Shown in pieces: positions 30,561 through 40,477 of a stretch of DNA of 64,000 nucleotides (position 1 is the first letter of the stretch; each line of letters starts with the position of its first letter). Under the pieces are notes generated by a model. The model was not told the origin of the DNA. It ran no database searches and saw nothing but the letters and a program-made list of their open reading frames with translations. The position numbers and the translations under genes are program-made. The stretch comes from a bacterium (lineage in GTDB: Bacteria > Electryoneota > Electryoneia > Electryoneales > Electryoneaceae), in assembly GCA_963675295.2 (NCBI GenBank), contig CAXXKJ010000002.1, positions 4,032,001 through 4,096,000 of the forward strand, read 5' to 3'.

Positions 30561-31805
30561 TCAGAACAACTGGGGTTGGTCGTCGAGATTTGCAAACAGG
30601 TCGAGGGTCAGGCTCAATTGCGGGGCGGACACCTTGCTCGCTCTCGACTCTGCCGCGGTCACGAGGTCGCGGTACGCGTCCGCGGGGAGGCGGTGCAACG
30701 GGTAGGTCGCGCTTCTTAGTCGGGTGCATTCGCGAACCACGCGCACCGGAATCTTGAGATCGAGTTCACGCCATTGCACCGGACGGGCGATCGGCCATGC
30801 GGCTTCGGTTTGAGTGGCTTCACCGGCGATTTTACCCCACGCGTAGACGTGCACCGGCGTTTCCTGTGCCGGCGTCCAGCCGTCCATTGCGATGATGCGG
30901 TCGCGTTCATGCATCACATGCAGGAACTGATCGGCGGTGGCGCGGACACGTGCCGCATCTTCGACACCGGAATACGTTTTCGCCAGGGCTTTCTTCACCG
31001 TGGCCAGATCGATGGTTTTCGACTTGCTGAAGCTGGCGGCGAGTTTCGGCCAACCGAGGTGCAGCGACATGTGCTGCAGCCAGAACTCGAATGCGAGGCC
31101 GTCCCGTTCCTCCATCCCCCATGCTGCCGGGCTCGGCTTGATCAGCCAGAAGCGGCGCTTGGGCAGGGATTTCAATGAACGGCGGGTCGCGCGTTCGAGT
31201 TTCGCCCGGCCCCGTTGCAGCATCGACAGCGCGGACCGTGCGTCTTTGCGTCGTGGGAATTCGTTGAGCCACGTACGCCACGCGGCGAGATCCGGTTCGC
31301 GGATGCCCTCGTCAAACCGGCGGTCGAAACTATCAGCGAAATCGGTGACACGCTTGATGTCGTCGGTGGATTGTACGATCGGGGCGTCGTCCCCGTTGAA
31401 TGCATCCCCGACGACGGCCAGCGCGGCGTCACGATCGGTCAACAGCAAGAAAAACGGGAACGGCCGTCCCGCGCTCAAGGACACGACATGGCGGGTTTGC
31501 TCCAGTTCAAGCAGTGCGTCGAGGGCGAGGCTGAGACCTTCATTCTCGACGGGATCGGCGGGTAGCAGCATGTGAAAGGTGAGGCGATCCTGGATCAGGC
31601 GGGCACGTTCGAGCAGCATGTTCCAGAAGAGTGCGTGCTGGCCGGGGGGCAGTGTCATGCGGACTTCCCGCTGGGATGCCTGCACCCGCTCCATCGACTG
31701 TGCCAGCCAATCGCCGTTCAACCTCGCCTCCGTCCATGAGAAACGAACGCCAGCAATATACGGCGTAAAGTCGCGTGGACAAACGAACCAGCGTTCCTGC
31801 CCCAC
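30561..31805 (-). CDS. Hypothetical protein, possibly a degenerate PLD-like domain plus McrB-N/EVE-like domain, with clamp-binding-like C-terminus
   Basis: 414-aa ORF filling the gap between secreted-protein genes; FWLIKP...W...LGW...F...M...DRII...G...WG.I.G...R.V.W pattern; ends QLSLTLDLF...QPQLF. Confidence 0.65.
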   Translation of the reverse strand: MGQERWFVCPRDFTPYIAGVRFSWTEARLNGDWLAQSMERVQASQREVRMTLPPGQHALFWNMLLERARLIQDRLTFHMLLPADPVENEGLSLALDALLELEQTRHVVSLSAGRPFPFFLLLTDRDAALAVVGDAFNGDDAPIVQSTDDIKRVTDFADSFDRRFDEGIREPDLAAWRTWLNEFPRRKDARSALSMLQRGRAKLERATRRSLKSLPKRRFWLIKPSPAAWGMEERDGLAFEFWLQHMSLHLGWPKLAASFSKSKTIDLATVKKALAKTYSGVEDAARVRATADQFLHVMHERDRIIAMDGWTPAQETPVHVYAWGKIAGEATQTEAAWPIARPVQWRELDLKIPVRVVRECTRLRSATYPLHRLPADAYRDLVTAAESRASKVSAPQLSLTLDLFANLDDQPQLF

Positions 31806-31953
31806 GTTTCACCCGGTGAATGCTTCTCGGGCGTCGTACGGCTCACCGGGAGCTGATAATCTCCCTTGTTTGCAAACCTGTCCTTGGAATGCCTCCATTC
31901 CGGTACCATGTTTGAGAATTACGGGATGGTTTTGCTACGCACGGGAGGCCCTG

Positions 31954-33453
31954 ATGAAGAAACTGCTAGCGAGTGCTCTGTTCTTACTCTTGCCCGTCCT
32001 CGCCTGGGCACAACTCGAACCACCAGCCAATCTCACGTCATTGTATCTCAATGCCAGCGAAATCCGGCTCGATTGGGAAGCGCCTGGCGGAACCGAAGAA
32101 CCCCTCTTTTACTGGGTGTATCGAAATAACATGCACCTGTATATCGTCGAGGATACTCACCTGACAGTCACTTTGCCTCAACCGGGCACGTACACGTTCA
32201 GCGTGAAAGCGTTGTACAACAGCGGTTTGTCGCCGGCGTCCAATGAAGTCGAGGTCAGCTGGTTCGGGCCGGGAAATTCGTCGCTATTGGAAACGTTCGA
32301 CTCTGGATTACCGGACACGTGGACCGCAGTCGCTCAGGTTTCGACCTATACCTGGTCGTGGGAGGAACAGCCGCACTCACAGTCCTTCACCACTCCTCAC
32401 ATGAAGGTGTTGAGCAGCCTCTTCTTCATGGGATTTCCACAAGAGCTGATCACGCCGGAATTCGACTTCACGGATGCGGACGATGTTCAGTTGTCGTTCG
32501 ATCACTACATGCAACACGGTGCCTGGGGTGACGAATGGGGGTACGTGGAGTATTCGTTGAACGGGAACCAGTGGTACACACTGCTGGAGTACTACAACGA
32601 AAACGTGTCAGTTGAACATGTCGTGCTTGATGTCGGGGCTTCGGTCGGTGGACAGTCGTCGGTAGAATTCCGCTTCAACTTTGAGTCCACATCGATCTGG
32701 GGGTACGAGTGGCGGATCGACAACGTGCAGGTTTACGCCGACACCGGCCCGGAAACGCCGGTGATCTTTGACCTGATCCCGGCGATTGTCGATGTCCCCT
32801 CCGAGGGGGGAATCGTCTACTTCGATGCGCATGTTGAAAACACGTTGGGCGCGGCGTTTACGGGGGTGAAGTACCAGCCCTTTGTCGAACTCCCCAACGG
32901 TCAGGTGCAGGGCCCATTGGCGCAGGTCAACCTGGTCATCGTGCCGTTCATGAACATGTACGTACAGGCGCTGGCGCTGGAAGTTCCGGCGGGTGCTCCA
33001 GCTGGTGAGTACGAGTTCATCGGACGGTTGGGCCGGAACGCCAACCTGTTCCTCGAAGACCGGTTCACGTTCACCAAGGCCGGACAGGCGGCAACCGAGA
33101 TCCAGTCGTGGGATGATCTTGAGTGGACGATGCTCGGATCCTTGTCGCCGGATGAGACCGTGATCGCGGGGGAACCGTTGCCGGTCGAGTCGAGTCTGTC
33201 GGCGGCGTATCCGAACCCGTTCAACGCTCAAACCCGGCTGACGCTTTCACTTGCGAAGGCCTCCCCGGACGCCCGGATCGTGGTCTACAACGTCGCCGGA
33301 CAGCAGGTGGCTGTGCTGCAGGACGGCGCATTGCCAGCGGGCAGGCATGAATACACGTTGAGCGCGCATGACTGGGCTAGCGGTGTGTACTTCGTGCGCG
33401 CAGCGGTTCCGGGCCAGCTGCAGCAGACGCAGAAGATTGTGCTGATGAGGTAG
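31954..33453 (+). CDS. Secreted protein with fibronectin type III and MAM-like domains and T9SS-type sorting domain
   Basis: GGAGG RBS; signal MKKLLASALFLLLPVLAWA; PPANL..L.WEAP..Y.VYRN..Y.F.VKA.Y..G.S..SN (FN3); LITPEFD..L.FDH..W.IDNV; YPNPFN...KIVLMR. Confidence 0.85.
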   Translation: MKKLLASALFLLLPVLAWAQLEPPANLTSLYLNASEIRLDWEAPGGTEEPLFYWVYRNNMHLYIVEDTHLTVTLPQPGTYTFSVKALYNSGLSPASNEVEVSWFGPGNSSLLETFDSGLPDTWTAVAQVSTYTWSWEEQPHSQSFTTPHMKVLSSLFFMGFPQELITPEFDFTDADDVQLSFDHYMQHGAWGDEWGYVEYSLNGNQWYTLLEYYNENVSVEHVVLDVGASVGGQSSVEFRFNFESTSIWGYEWRIDNVQVYADTGPETPVIFDLIPAIVDVPSEGGIVYFDAHVENTLGAAFTGVKYQPFVELPNGQVQGPLAQVNLVIVPFMNMYVQALALEVPAGAPAGEYEFIGRLGRNANLFLEDRFTFTKAGQAATEIQSWDDLEWTMLGSLSPDETVIAGEPLPVESSLSAAYPNPFNAQTRLTLSLAKASPDARIVVYNVAGQQVAVLQDGALPAGRHEYTLSAHDWASGVYFVRAAVPGQLQQTQKIVLMR

Positions 33454-33529
33454 AATGTCATCCTGAAAGCAGTGAAGGATTTCGTTGTTATCCCAAGGGG
33501 CAGTCACCGCAAATGATTGTCCCTTTTTG

Positions 33530-34690
33530 CTATCCCTGCGGATCACGCAGGGTGAACACGGACGCCATCACCATCACCAGCAGTCCGAGGGTCGCGGTCA
33601 ACACGAACGGCGCGGAAGGAAACCCTTCCTCATAGATAAACCCGGCGATCAGTGGTGCAATCACGCGGGCCAGCGTGCTCGCCGACTGGAATACGCCAAG
33701 CGCCAGTCCTTTACGTTCGGGGAGCACATTCATGCTGAGCAGCGCCGGCAGGCTGGGCATCAGCAGCCCGAAGCCGGTCGCGATCCCGAAGGCTGACAAG
33801 GCCAGAGTCACCATGTTCACCGGCGCGGCGAGGATCGCGAGGCCGATCCCGAGCGCGCCGAAGCCGGTCGACACCAGCGGACCGTGCCCGAAACGCTTGA
33901 CCAGCCGTCCGACCAATCCCCCCTGCACCACGGCGGCGATGAGTCCCACCGACCCGAGGTACATGCCATACTTGCTCACCTCCCACTGGAAGATGTCTGT
34001 CGTGTACAGCGGCAGAATGGTGGTGAACTGGCTCCAGATGAAGATGACTGCGAAGTTGAGCGCGATGACGGTCAACACCGAGCGGCGCAGCTCGGTAATG
34101 TGCCGGATCGCGGAACCGCGATCAACCTCACGATGATGGACCCGTTCCGGCTCACGTACGAAGATGAACGCGTAGACCGTTGCCAGGAGCGCCACCCCGG
34201 CAGCGATGGTGGCGGAGAGATCCGGCATCCGAGCGTACAACATCGCACCCACCGGCGGTCCGACCACAAACGCCAGCGCGAAGGACGCACCCCAGTAGCC
34301 CATGCCGGACGTGCGTCGGCGCTCCGAGGTCACGTCGGCGACATACGCCTGGCTCAGCAGCACGTGCGACGAACCAATCCCGGCCACGGTCCAGATCAGC
34401 AGGATCAACGCGAAACTTCCGGACAGACCGATGAGGAAATAAGCAACAGCGGTCAACAGCATCGCAGGCAGTAGCAGGATGCGCCGTCCATAGCGGTCGG
34501 ACAGCCGTCCAGCAACCGGCGCGAAAAAGAAATCGACGGCCTGGTTTGCTGCGAGCAGAATGCCGACCAGCGTGGCGTTCGCGCCGAGGTCCCGTGCGTA
34601 CAGCGGTAACAACGGGACCATCATCGCGAAACCGATCAGGAACAGGAACTCGGCGATGATGATGTGGCGCAGCCGTGCGCGGCCACTCAT
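33530..34690 (-). CDS. MFS transporter, TetA/DHA1-like
   Basis: About 12 hydrophobic segments; GRLSDRYGRR motif A; QAYVADVT; GP.VG. Confidence 0.9.
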   Translation of the reverse strand: MSGRARLRHIIIAEFLFLIGFAMMVPLLPLYARDLGANATLVGILLAANQAVDFFFAPVAGRLSDRYGRRILLLPAMLLTAVAYFLIGLSGSFALILLIWTVAGIGSSHVLLSQAYVADVTSERRRTSGMGYWGASFALAFVVGPPVGAMLYARMPDLSATIAAGVALLATVYAFIFVREPERVHHREVDRGSAIRHITELRRSVLTVIALNFAVIFIWSQFTTILPLYTTDIFQWEVSKYGMYLGSVGLIAAVVQGGLVGRLVKRFGHGPLVSTGFGALGIGLAILAAPVNMVTLALSAFGIATGFGLLMPSLPALLSMNVLPERKGLALGVFQSASTLARVIAPLIAGFIYEEGFPSAPFVLTATLGLLVMVMASVFTLRDPQG

Positions 34691-35850
34691 TTGACCGTCT
34701 CCGGCTTTTTAATCGCTCCGCGCAGAAAGATGATGGAGGAAATCGCCGCCCCGACCGCAATCATTGAGCCGACACCGAACGGCGCGTTCGGGCTGATCAG
34801 GTCATACAACGCGCCTCCTGCCAACGGGCCGATCATCCGTGCGAGGCTGCCCATCGACTGGAACGAGCCGAGCACCTGTCCCTGATGTCCAGCGGGCGCC
34901 TCCTGGCTGGCGAGGCTGGACAGCGAGGGCAGGGTCAACGCAAATCCGAACGCGTTGATTACGCCACCAACATACAGGTAGACCACGTCCCCCACCCTGC
35001 TGAATAGAAACAGACCAATCGCCATCAGGAACAGACCGACCCGTACCAGGTTGCGTTCGCCGAAGCGTTCGGATAATCGTCCGATCAACCCGCCCTGTAT
35101 GATCGCCGATATCCCTCCGACCATGGCAAGGAACAGCCCGTTGTTCTTTTCGTTCCAGCCGAGCGTGTGCACCGTGAACAGCACCAGCATGCTCTGCAGC
35201 AACGCCTGCGAGAAGACGGTGATGAACTGGAAGGACATCAGCACGCCGAGCACTTTTGTCAGCCACTCGCCCGGCTTGATCCTGCGCGGCTTGTAGTCGG
35301 TGTGTTTTTCCGGCTCGGGCAGCATGAACAGCGCCCAGATCGCGGTCACCGCCGCCAGTCCGGCCGCTATGAAAGAGGGCATGCCCTCGTGCATCTCGAA
35401 GGTCAACGCGGTCAGCGATGGTCCGATCACGAAGCCGACGCCGAACGCCGCACCGAACAGTCCCATCCCGCGCGCGCGTTTCTCCGGCGGGGTCACGTCC
35501 GCGATGTACGCCTGCGCGACGGTAATATCCGCGCCACCGATCCCGGCGAGTATACGGCTGGCGTACAGCAACCACAGTTGGTCAGCGAGTCCAAAGATGA
35601 CGTAACTGGCGCTGGTCAGGAGCAGAGCGAAAATGAGCACCGGGCGGCGTCCGATCCGGTCGCTGATGCGTCCTGCGATTGGCGCGAGCAGGAACTGCAT
35701 CAGGCTGTAGGTCATCACCAGCATACCGACCTGGAATCCGCCGGCGCCGAAGCGCTCCGCGTAAACCGGCATCAGTGGGATGACAATCCCGAACCCGATC
35801 AGGGCGATGAAAACGGTGGACAGAATGATCGCCAGCGGCGATTTTTGCAT
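34687..35850 (-). CDS. MFS transporter, TetA/DHA1-like
   Basis: IGFGIVIPLMP, YSLMQF..AP..GRISDRIGRRP and AQAYIADVT...RARGMG..GAAFGVGF.IGP motifs. 4-bp overlap with the next gene. Confidence 0.92.
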   Translation of the reverse strand: MQKSPLAIILSTVFIALIGFGIVIPLMPVYAERFGAGGFQVGMLVMTYSLMQFLLAPIAGRISDRIGRRPVLIFALLLTSASYVIFGLADQLWLLYASRILAGIGGADITVAQAYIADVTPPEKRARGMGLFGAAFGVGFVIGPSLTALTFEMHEGMPSFIAAGLAAVTAIWALFMLPEPEKHTDYKPRRIKPGEWLTKVLGVLMSFQFITVFSQALLQSMLVLFTVHTLGWNEKNNGLFLAMVGGISAIIQGGLIGRLSERFGERNLVRVGLFLMAIGLFLFSRVGDVVYLYVGGVINAFGFALTLPSLSSLASQEAPAGHQGQVLGSFQSMGSLARMIGPLAGGALYDLISPNAPFGVGSMIAVGAAISSIIFLRGAIKKPETVK

Positions 35851-35961
35851 GAGAGGCTCATTGGTTCGTCAAGTCGCGGGGGAATATACTCGGTGGAGAT
35901 GGCAACAGCCACGTCCTCAGGACGCGGCTGTTGTCAATGAGATCCCGAATGCCGGGTATAC

Positions 35962-37137
35962 TTACAGGACGAGTTCCAGTTCCACTACTTCCTCGCGGGC
36001 GAGTACGACACGTTTCGGCTGGATCGCGCCGCCGCGGTGGTCGTGAGTGAGGATTACCGTGGGTTTCTTCGGATCGAGCGGGCTGTTCGCGATGACGATC
36101 CCGCCACAACCCGTGAACTGCGGGTTTGAGCATTTCTTGATGTTGATGTGTGCGCCCATCGGGTACAGCTGCACGATCTTCACCAGCTCGCGAACGATGT
36201 GCGTGTTCCAATGCACGCCGGAATCCTTCACCAGCTTGGCGAGTGCTTGCTCCGGTGTGTGCAGCTTGCCCCCGGACCGGCCGGAAACGAATGCGTCATA
36301 CTTGTTCGTGATCGCGACGATCATCGACAACGGATAAATCGCGTACCGTGCCGGATCTGCCTCCAGCTCCAGTGGTGTATCGTCCCCACTCAGACCTTCC
36401 GGGTAGCCGGATCCATCGAGGCACTCATGATGCTGATGGACGATTGTCTGCTCGGCCCGGTTGTCGGGACGCGCCTGCCGGATCAGCAACATCGACAATG
36501 TCGGGTGTTCTTCGATCAGGTCACGCGACAGCTCTTCCGAGCCGTTATTCGTCGCGGCGGTCAGCACCCAGATACCGGCATCATGCAGCAACGAGGCCAA
36601 CGCCACCGTCTTCAGTTGCTCTTCGGGCAGGTTCAGCGACCGGCCCAGCAACACGGACAGGACCGCGACGTCCAGCGCGTGATCGATATCCGAAGTTGCC
36701 TTGTTCCGGACGGGCAAAGAAGAATACAGCCGCACATCGCGCCGCAGCACCTGCTCCAGAATATCTCCGGCTGCCTGTTCAAACCGGGTGTAGGGCAGCA
36801 GGTTGTGCAGGTTCATCGACTGCTTCAGCTCGTTGACGATGTTCTCGGGATCGAGTTTGCTGAGGGCTTCGTTGGATCGCAGGTCTTCCAGTGCCTGCGA
36901 GAACGACTTGGAATTGGCACTTCGGATGGAGTCGCCGATCAGGTCCTGGGGAGTAACGAAATCACCGTTTTCCGTTTCCCAGACGTACACATACGTGTAC
37001 CGCCGGCGATTTAAAAGATCAATCATGTCGCGGTCGAGCCGTGAGCCCACGGGCAATTCGATCTCGCGCCGTTCGTTGTAGAGAGAACGGCCCAAGACCT
37101 GTCCGGGCTTAAGACTGTCGACTCGGGCGAGTTGCAT
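35962..37137 (-). CDS. HD-GYP domain protein (c-di-NMP phosphodiesterase family)
   Basis: LKPGQVLGR N-terminus; LLHDAG, EHP, QHHECLDGSGYPEGL and YP.G motifs. Confidence 0.88.
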   Translation of the reverse strand: MQLARVDSLKPGQVLGRSLYNERREIELPVGSRLDRDMIDLLNRRRYTYVYVWETENGDFVTPQDLIGDSIRSANSKSFSQALEDLRSNEALSKLDPENIVNELKQSMNLHNLLPYTRFEQAAGDILEQVLRRDVRLYSSLPVRNKATSDIDHALDVAVLSVLLGRSLNLPEEQLKTVALASLLHDAGIWVLTAATNNGSEELSRDLIEEHPTLSMLLIRQARPDNRAEQTIVHQHHECLDGSGYPEGLSGDDTPLELEADPARYAIYPLSMIVAITNKYDAFVSGRSGGKLHTPEQALAKLVKDSGVHWNTHIVRELVKIVQLYPMGAHINIKKCSNPQFTGCGGIVIANSPLDPKKPTVILTHDHRGGAIQPKRVVLAREEVVELELVL

Positions 37138-37431
37138 GCTTGCGATCTTTTAAAGTTCTGAAGGTGAACGTTCTTTTACGCGTTCTTAAGATAATACTCA
37201 AAATACCCGAAAGAAACCAAAGATAGTTTTATTGAAATTACGTATGCCTCTGAGAGATTCGCTATTTTTTCGGGATTCAGTACGATACAAGTCTAAACGT
37301 ACGTAAAACGAGGCAAATTCGCGCGCCGTTATCGCGAAAAAGTGAATGTAGCGAGATTCGGCAGGAAAGGCTTTGAGTGAACCGTGTTGAATAAACCGCT
37401 CCTGCGTGAAAGATAGCACAAGCTCCCCGAT

Positions 37432-37469
37432 AAAAAAACGGATCCGGGAAAAATGCTCCCGGGTCCGTT
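37432..37469 (-). terminator. Intrinsic terminator after the OsmC-family gene
   Basis: AACGGATCCGGGA...TCCCGGGTCCGTT with an A-run (U-tract on minus). Confidence 0.7.
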
Positions 37470-37489
37470 CAGCGGTCTTGGTTGCGGAG

Positions 37490-37951
37490 TTACGCTTGTT
37501 TGGCTTCCTCGATGGGTGCCATGGTATGCGACTCGCCATTCAGGACGTAAACGTATTCGATGTCGATCGTTGGACGCATGACGTCGGAAACGCCGCAGTA
37601 GCGGGTCCGTGACAGATCGATGGCTCGTTCGAGCTTCGCGGCTTCCACATCGCCGGTGACGGTGAAGATGACCTGCAGTTTGGTCCAGCGTTTGGGATGC
37701 TCTTCAGTCTTGGTGACACCTTCGACCTCGACCTGGAAGGTGGCGACATCCTGCCGCATTTTGCGAAGAATGCTGATCACGTCCATACCGGTACAGCCGG
37801 CGAGACCGACGTACGGCAGTTCGGCTGGTCGGGGTCCGAGATCTTTCCCGCCGCTTTCTTCGCGGGCATCCATGCGGACTTCATGATCGCTGCCGGTACG
37901 AGCGACAAACTCCATGCCACGTGTCAGTGTGGCCAATGCAATCCTGGGCAT
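37490..37951 (-). CDS. OsmC family protein (YhfA-like)
   Basis: GPRPAEL...LAGCTGMDVISIL.K.RQ and YCGVS motifs. Confidence 0.92.
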   Translation of the reverse strand: MPRIALATLTRGMEFVARTGSDHEVRMDAREESGGKDLGPRPAELPYVGLAGCTGMDVISILRKMRQDVATFQVEVEGVTKTEEHPKRWTKLQVIFTVTGDVEAAKLERAIDLSRTRYCGVSDVMRPTIDIEYVYVLNGESHTMAPIEEAKQA

Positions 37952-38301
37952 GACCTCTCCTCTAGATTTCGAACTCCATTATCGGAGTGTTGAGTTTACG
38001 AAACAGCAGCCTTGCCGTGCCGCAGCTTGTTGCTCAAGTTGCCACCGGCGAGGCTTGTAGGTCGGATGCGCAAAGGGTCAATTTGATCCAGACCTCTGCG
38101 GACGTCACGGGAGACCGATGGTAGAGCTGGAACTTGAATTTGTACTCTGAAGTGTTGAAACGGGTTCGTTTCGAACGCTCGGAGACAGGTGGAGACAGGC
38201 AAAAAGTGAGTGTTCGCCGGTTGCAAGATGGATTTCCGCATCCCATATTCCCTGTCTTCAAGAATTACGAGGTTTACAGACAAGTTCAGGGGTAGTTAAC
38301 C

Positions 38302-40119
38302 ATGATGTCATCCTTGCGGCGTAACACGGCTGTGGTCCTCTGGATCCTGGTGTTCGCCTTTATCGGCACGATCATTTTCTCCTGGGGTATGGGTGGTTTT
38401 TCCGGCCCGATGAAGCCCGGTGTTGTTGGCAAGATCGGCGACCAGGAAGTAACTCGTGAGCAGTATGAGCAGACGATCCAGGACCGTTTCGCGCAGGAAC
38501 GCCAGCGGTACGAGAACGGCGACATTCCGGAGAGCCGTGCTGAGCAACTTCGTGGTGAGGCGTGGGACGCGTTGATCAACGAAGTGCTCTTGAATCGTGC
38601 TGAGCGTGAGGCTGGGATTGTTGTTTCCGACGCTGAAGTCGCGATGACGATCCGTCATTCGCCGCCGCCGCAGGTTGCGAACAATCCGAATTTCCGTGAC
38701 AGCACGGGCGCATTTGACTGGGCGCTGTACAACCAGGTGATCTCCGACCCGAACAACATTGACTTCCTGCTGTCACTCGAAAATACGACGCGGTTGCAGC
38801 TCGTCCGGCAGAAGATCATGGGCCGGCTGGGTTCGGTGATTCACATCAGCGAAGACGATCTGAAGCGGGAGTACATCCGCCAGAACGAAACCGCGGAAGC
38901 GTCCTACGTGTTGGTTGACCTCCGGAACGTGGACGTGGATTCCAGCCTCGTAACCGAAGCGGATCTTCGCCAGGCTTACCAGGAAAACATCGACGAGTAT
39001 CAGCTCGATCCGCGCCGGACAGCCCTGGTTGCCCGGATTCCGAACGAGCCGACTCGTGAGGATACGGTCACCGCGCAGCGTCTTGCCGAGAGCCTGCTTC
39101 GCCGTGCGCAGGATGGCGAATCGTTCGAGACCCTGGCACAGGAATACAGTGATGATCCGTCCGCCGATCAGGGCGGCGATCTTGGCTGGTTCGGCAAGGG
39201 CCGGATGGTGCCGATGTTCGAGAAGGCCGCGTTCAACGCCGAGGATGGCGAGATCGTCGGTCCGGTGTTGACGCAGTTCGGCTGGCACGTGATCCAGCGT
39301 CTCGAATCCCGCTACAACGACGAGATTCAGGGCGAGGAAATTCACGCCCGCCACATTCTGATCAACGTCGTTCAGAGTCCGGAATCGGTCGAAAGCTTGC
39401 GTAACCTCGCCCAGTCCTTCCAGGAAGAAGCGACGGAAAACGGGTTCGAGCCGGCTGCTGAGCTGTACGAACTCGACATTGACACTCTGGAAATCCGTGA
39501 TAATGGGATTGTCCCGGGTCTCGGCCGGAACGGCGCCGCGACGGCGTTCATGATGAACCGACCGCTCGGCGAAGTGACGCCGGTGTATGAGTTCAACCGT
39601 GCCTGGGTCGTGCTCAAGACGACCGCGGAGATTCCAGCTGGTGTGACGCCGTTCGAGGAAGTGAAGGACCAGCTGCTGCCGGATCTGTTGAAGCCGTATC
39701 AGTACGAGCTCGCCAAAAAGGAAGCGGATCGTCTCTACGCCGAGCTTCCGGAGATGGATTGGGACCTGCAGAAGCTGGCCGACAGCGAGGAAGGCATAAC
39801 CTTCCAGGAATCGCGCCGTCCATTCAAGGCAAACCAGTTCATCAGTTCGGTTGGTCGTGACCACATGTTCGCGTACGTGGCATTCAACATGGAAGTCGGC
39901 GAGGTGTCGAAGCCGTTCAAGGGTGAGAAGGGGTATTACATCATCCACCTCGATTCGCTGACACCGGCGGACATGAGCCAGTTTGAGGCGAGCCGCGATG
40001 AGCTGTATTCGCAGGTTGCGCAGAAGATGCAGAACAACCTGTTTACCGAGTGGATCGAGCAGGAACGGGAAAATCTGAAGATCAAGGATTACCGGTACCT
40101 GTATTACAGCACGTACTGA
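38302..40119 (+). CDS. ppiD: PpiD-like membrane-anchored periplasmic chaperone/parvulin PPIase
   Basis: N-terminal TM anchor; SurA-N-like domain; [30 protein letters not shown] and TQFGWHVI parvulin motifs. Confidence 0.85.
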   Translation: MMSSLRRNTAVVLWILVFAFIGTIIFSWGMGGFSGPMKPGVVGKIGDQEVTREQYEQTIQDRFAQERQRYENGDIPESRAEQLRGEAWDALINEVLLNRAEREAGIVVSDAEVAMTIRHSPPPQVANNPNFRDSTGAFDWALYNQVISDPNNIDFLLSLENTTRLQLVRQKIMGRLGSVIHISEDDLKREYIRQNETAEASYVLVDLRNVDVDSSLVTEADLRQAYQENIDEYQLDPRRTALVARIPNEPTREDTVTAQRLAESLLRRAQDGESFETLAQEYSDDPSADQGGDLGWFGKGRMVPMFEKAAFNAEDGEIVGPVLTQFGWHVIQRLESRYNDEIQGEEIHARHILINVVQSPESVESLRNLAQSFQEEATENGFEPAAELYELDIDTLEIRDNGIVPGLGRNGAATAFMMNRPLGEVTPVYEFNRAWVVLKTTAEIPAGVTPFEEVKDQLLPDLLKPYQYELAKKEADRLYAELPEMDWDLQKLADSEEGITFQESRRPFKANQFISSVGRDHMFAYVAFNMEVGEVSKPFKGEKGYYIIHLDSLTPADMSQFEASRDELYSQVAQKMQNNLFTEWIEQERENLKIKDYRYLYYSTY

Positions 40120-40154
40120 GATCCGCGAGGCCTCGAAAATCTGTCTAACATCCA

Positions 40155-40184
40155 GCGCCACAGGCAAATAGCCTGTGGCGTTTT
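40155..40184 (+). terminator. Intrinsic terminator after ppiD
   Basis: GCGCCACAGGC-AAATA-GCCTGTGGCGT-TTT. Confidence 0.8.
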
Positions 40185-40477
40185 AGTCTCAGGGGTCTCG
40201 GGGTGAAAATCGGAAAATGACGATTCTGCGTTGCATGCCGAATTTGGTCAACCTACCTTGTCCGTGCCGGTTCTGCGCCTCGGTTGGGGTCACCATGAGT
40301 GGAGTGCGATGAGGCTGGTCCAGCGAATCGGCCAACAGGTGTTCCACCCCCGCCTTGGATGAGTGCCATCCATCGCCAGGACGAACGATGTCCGCAGGAT
40401 TCGACCCCGGCCGCTGCAATTTGGATTCAGTTGAATCAACATAGACAGGGTGCACGGTTACGTAACGCGAGGAAGAG

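Noticed and set aside
40394-40411. tRNA T-arm-like GGATTCGACCCC
   Set aside because: No acceptor stem, D-arm or anticodon arm could be built around it.
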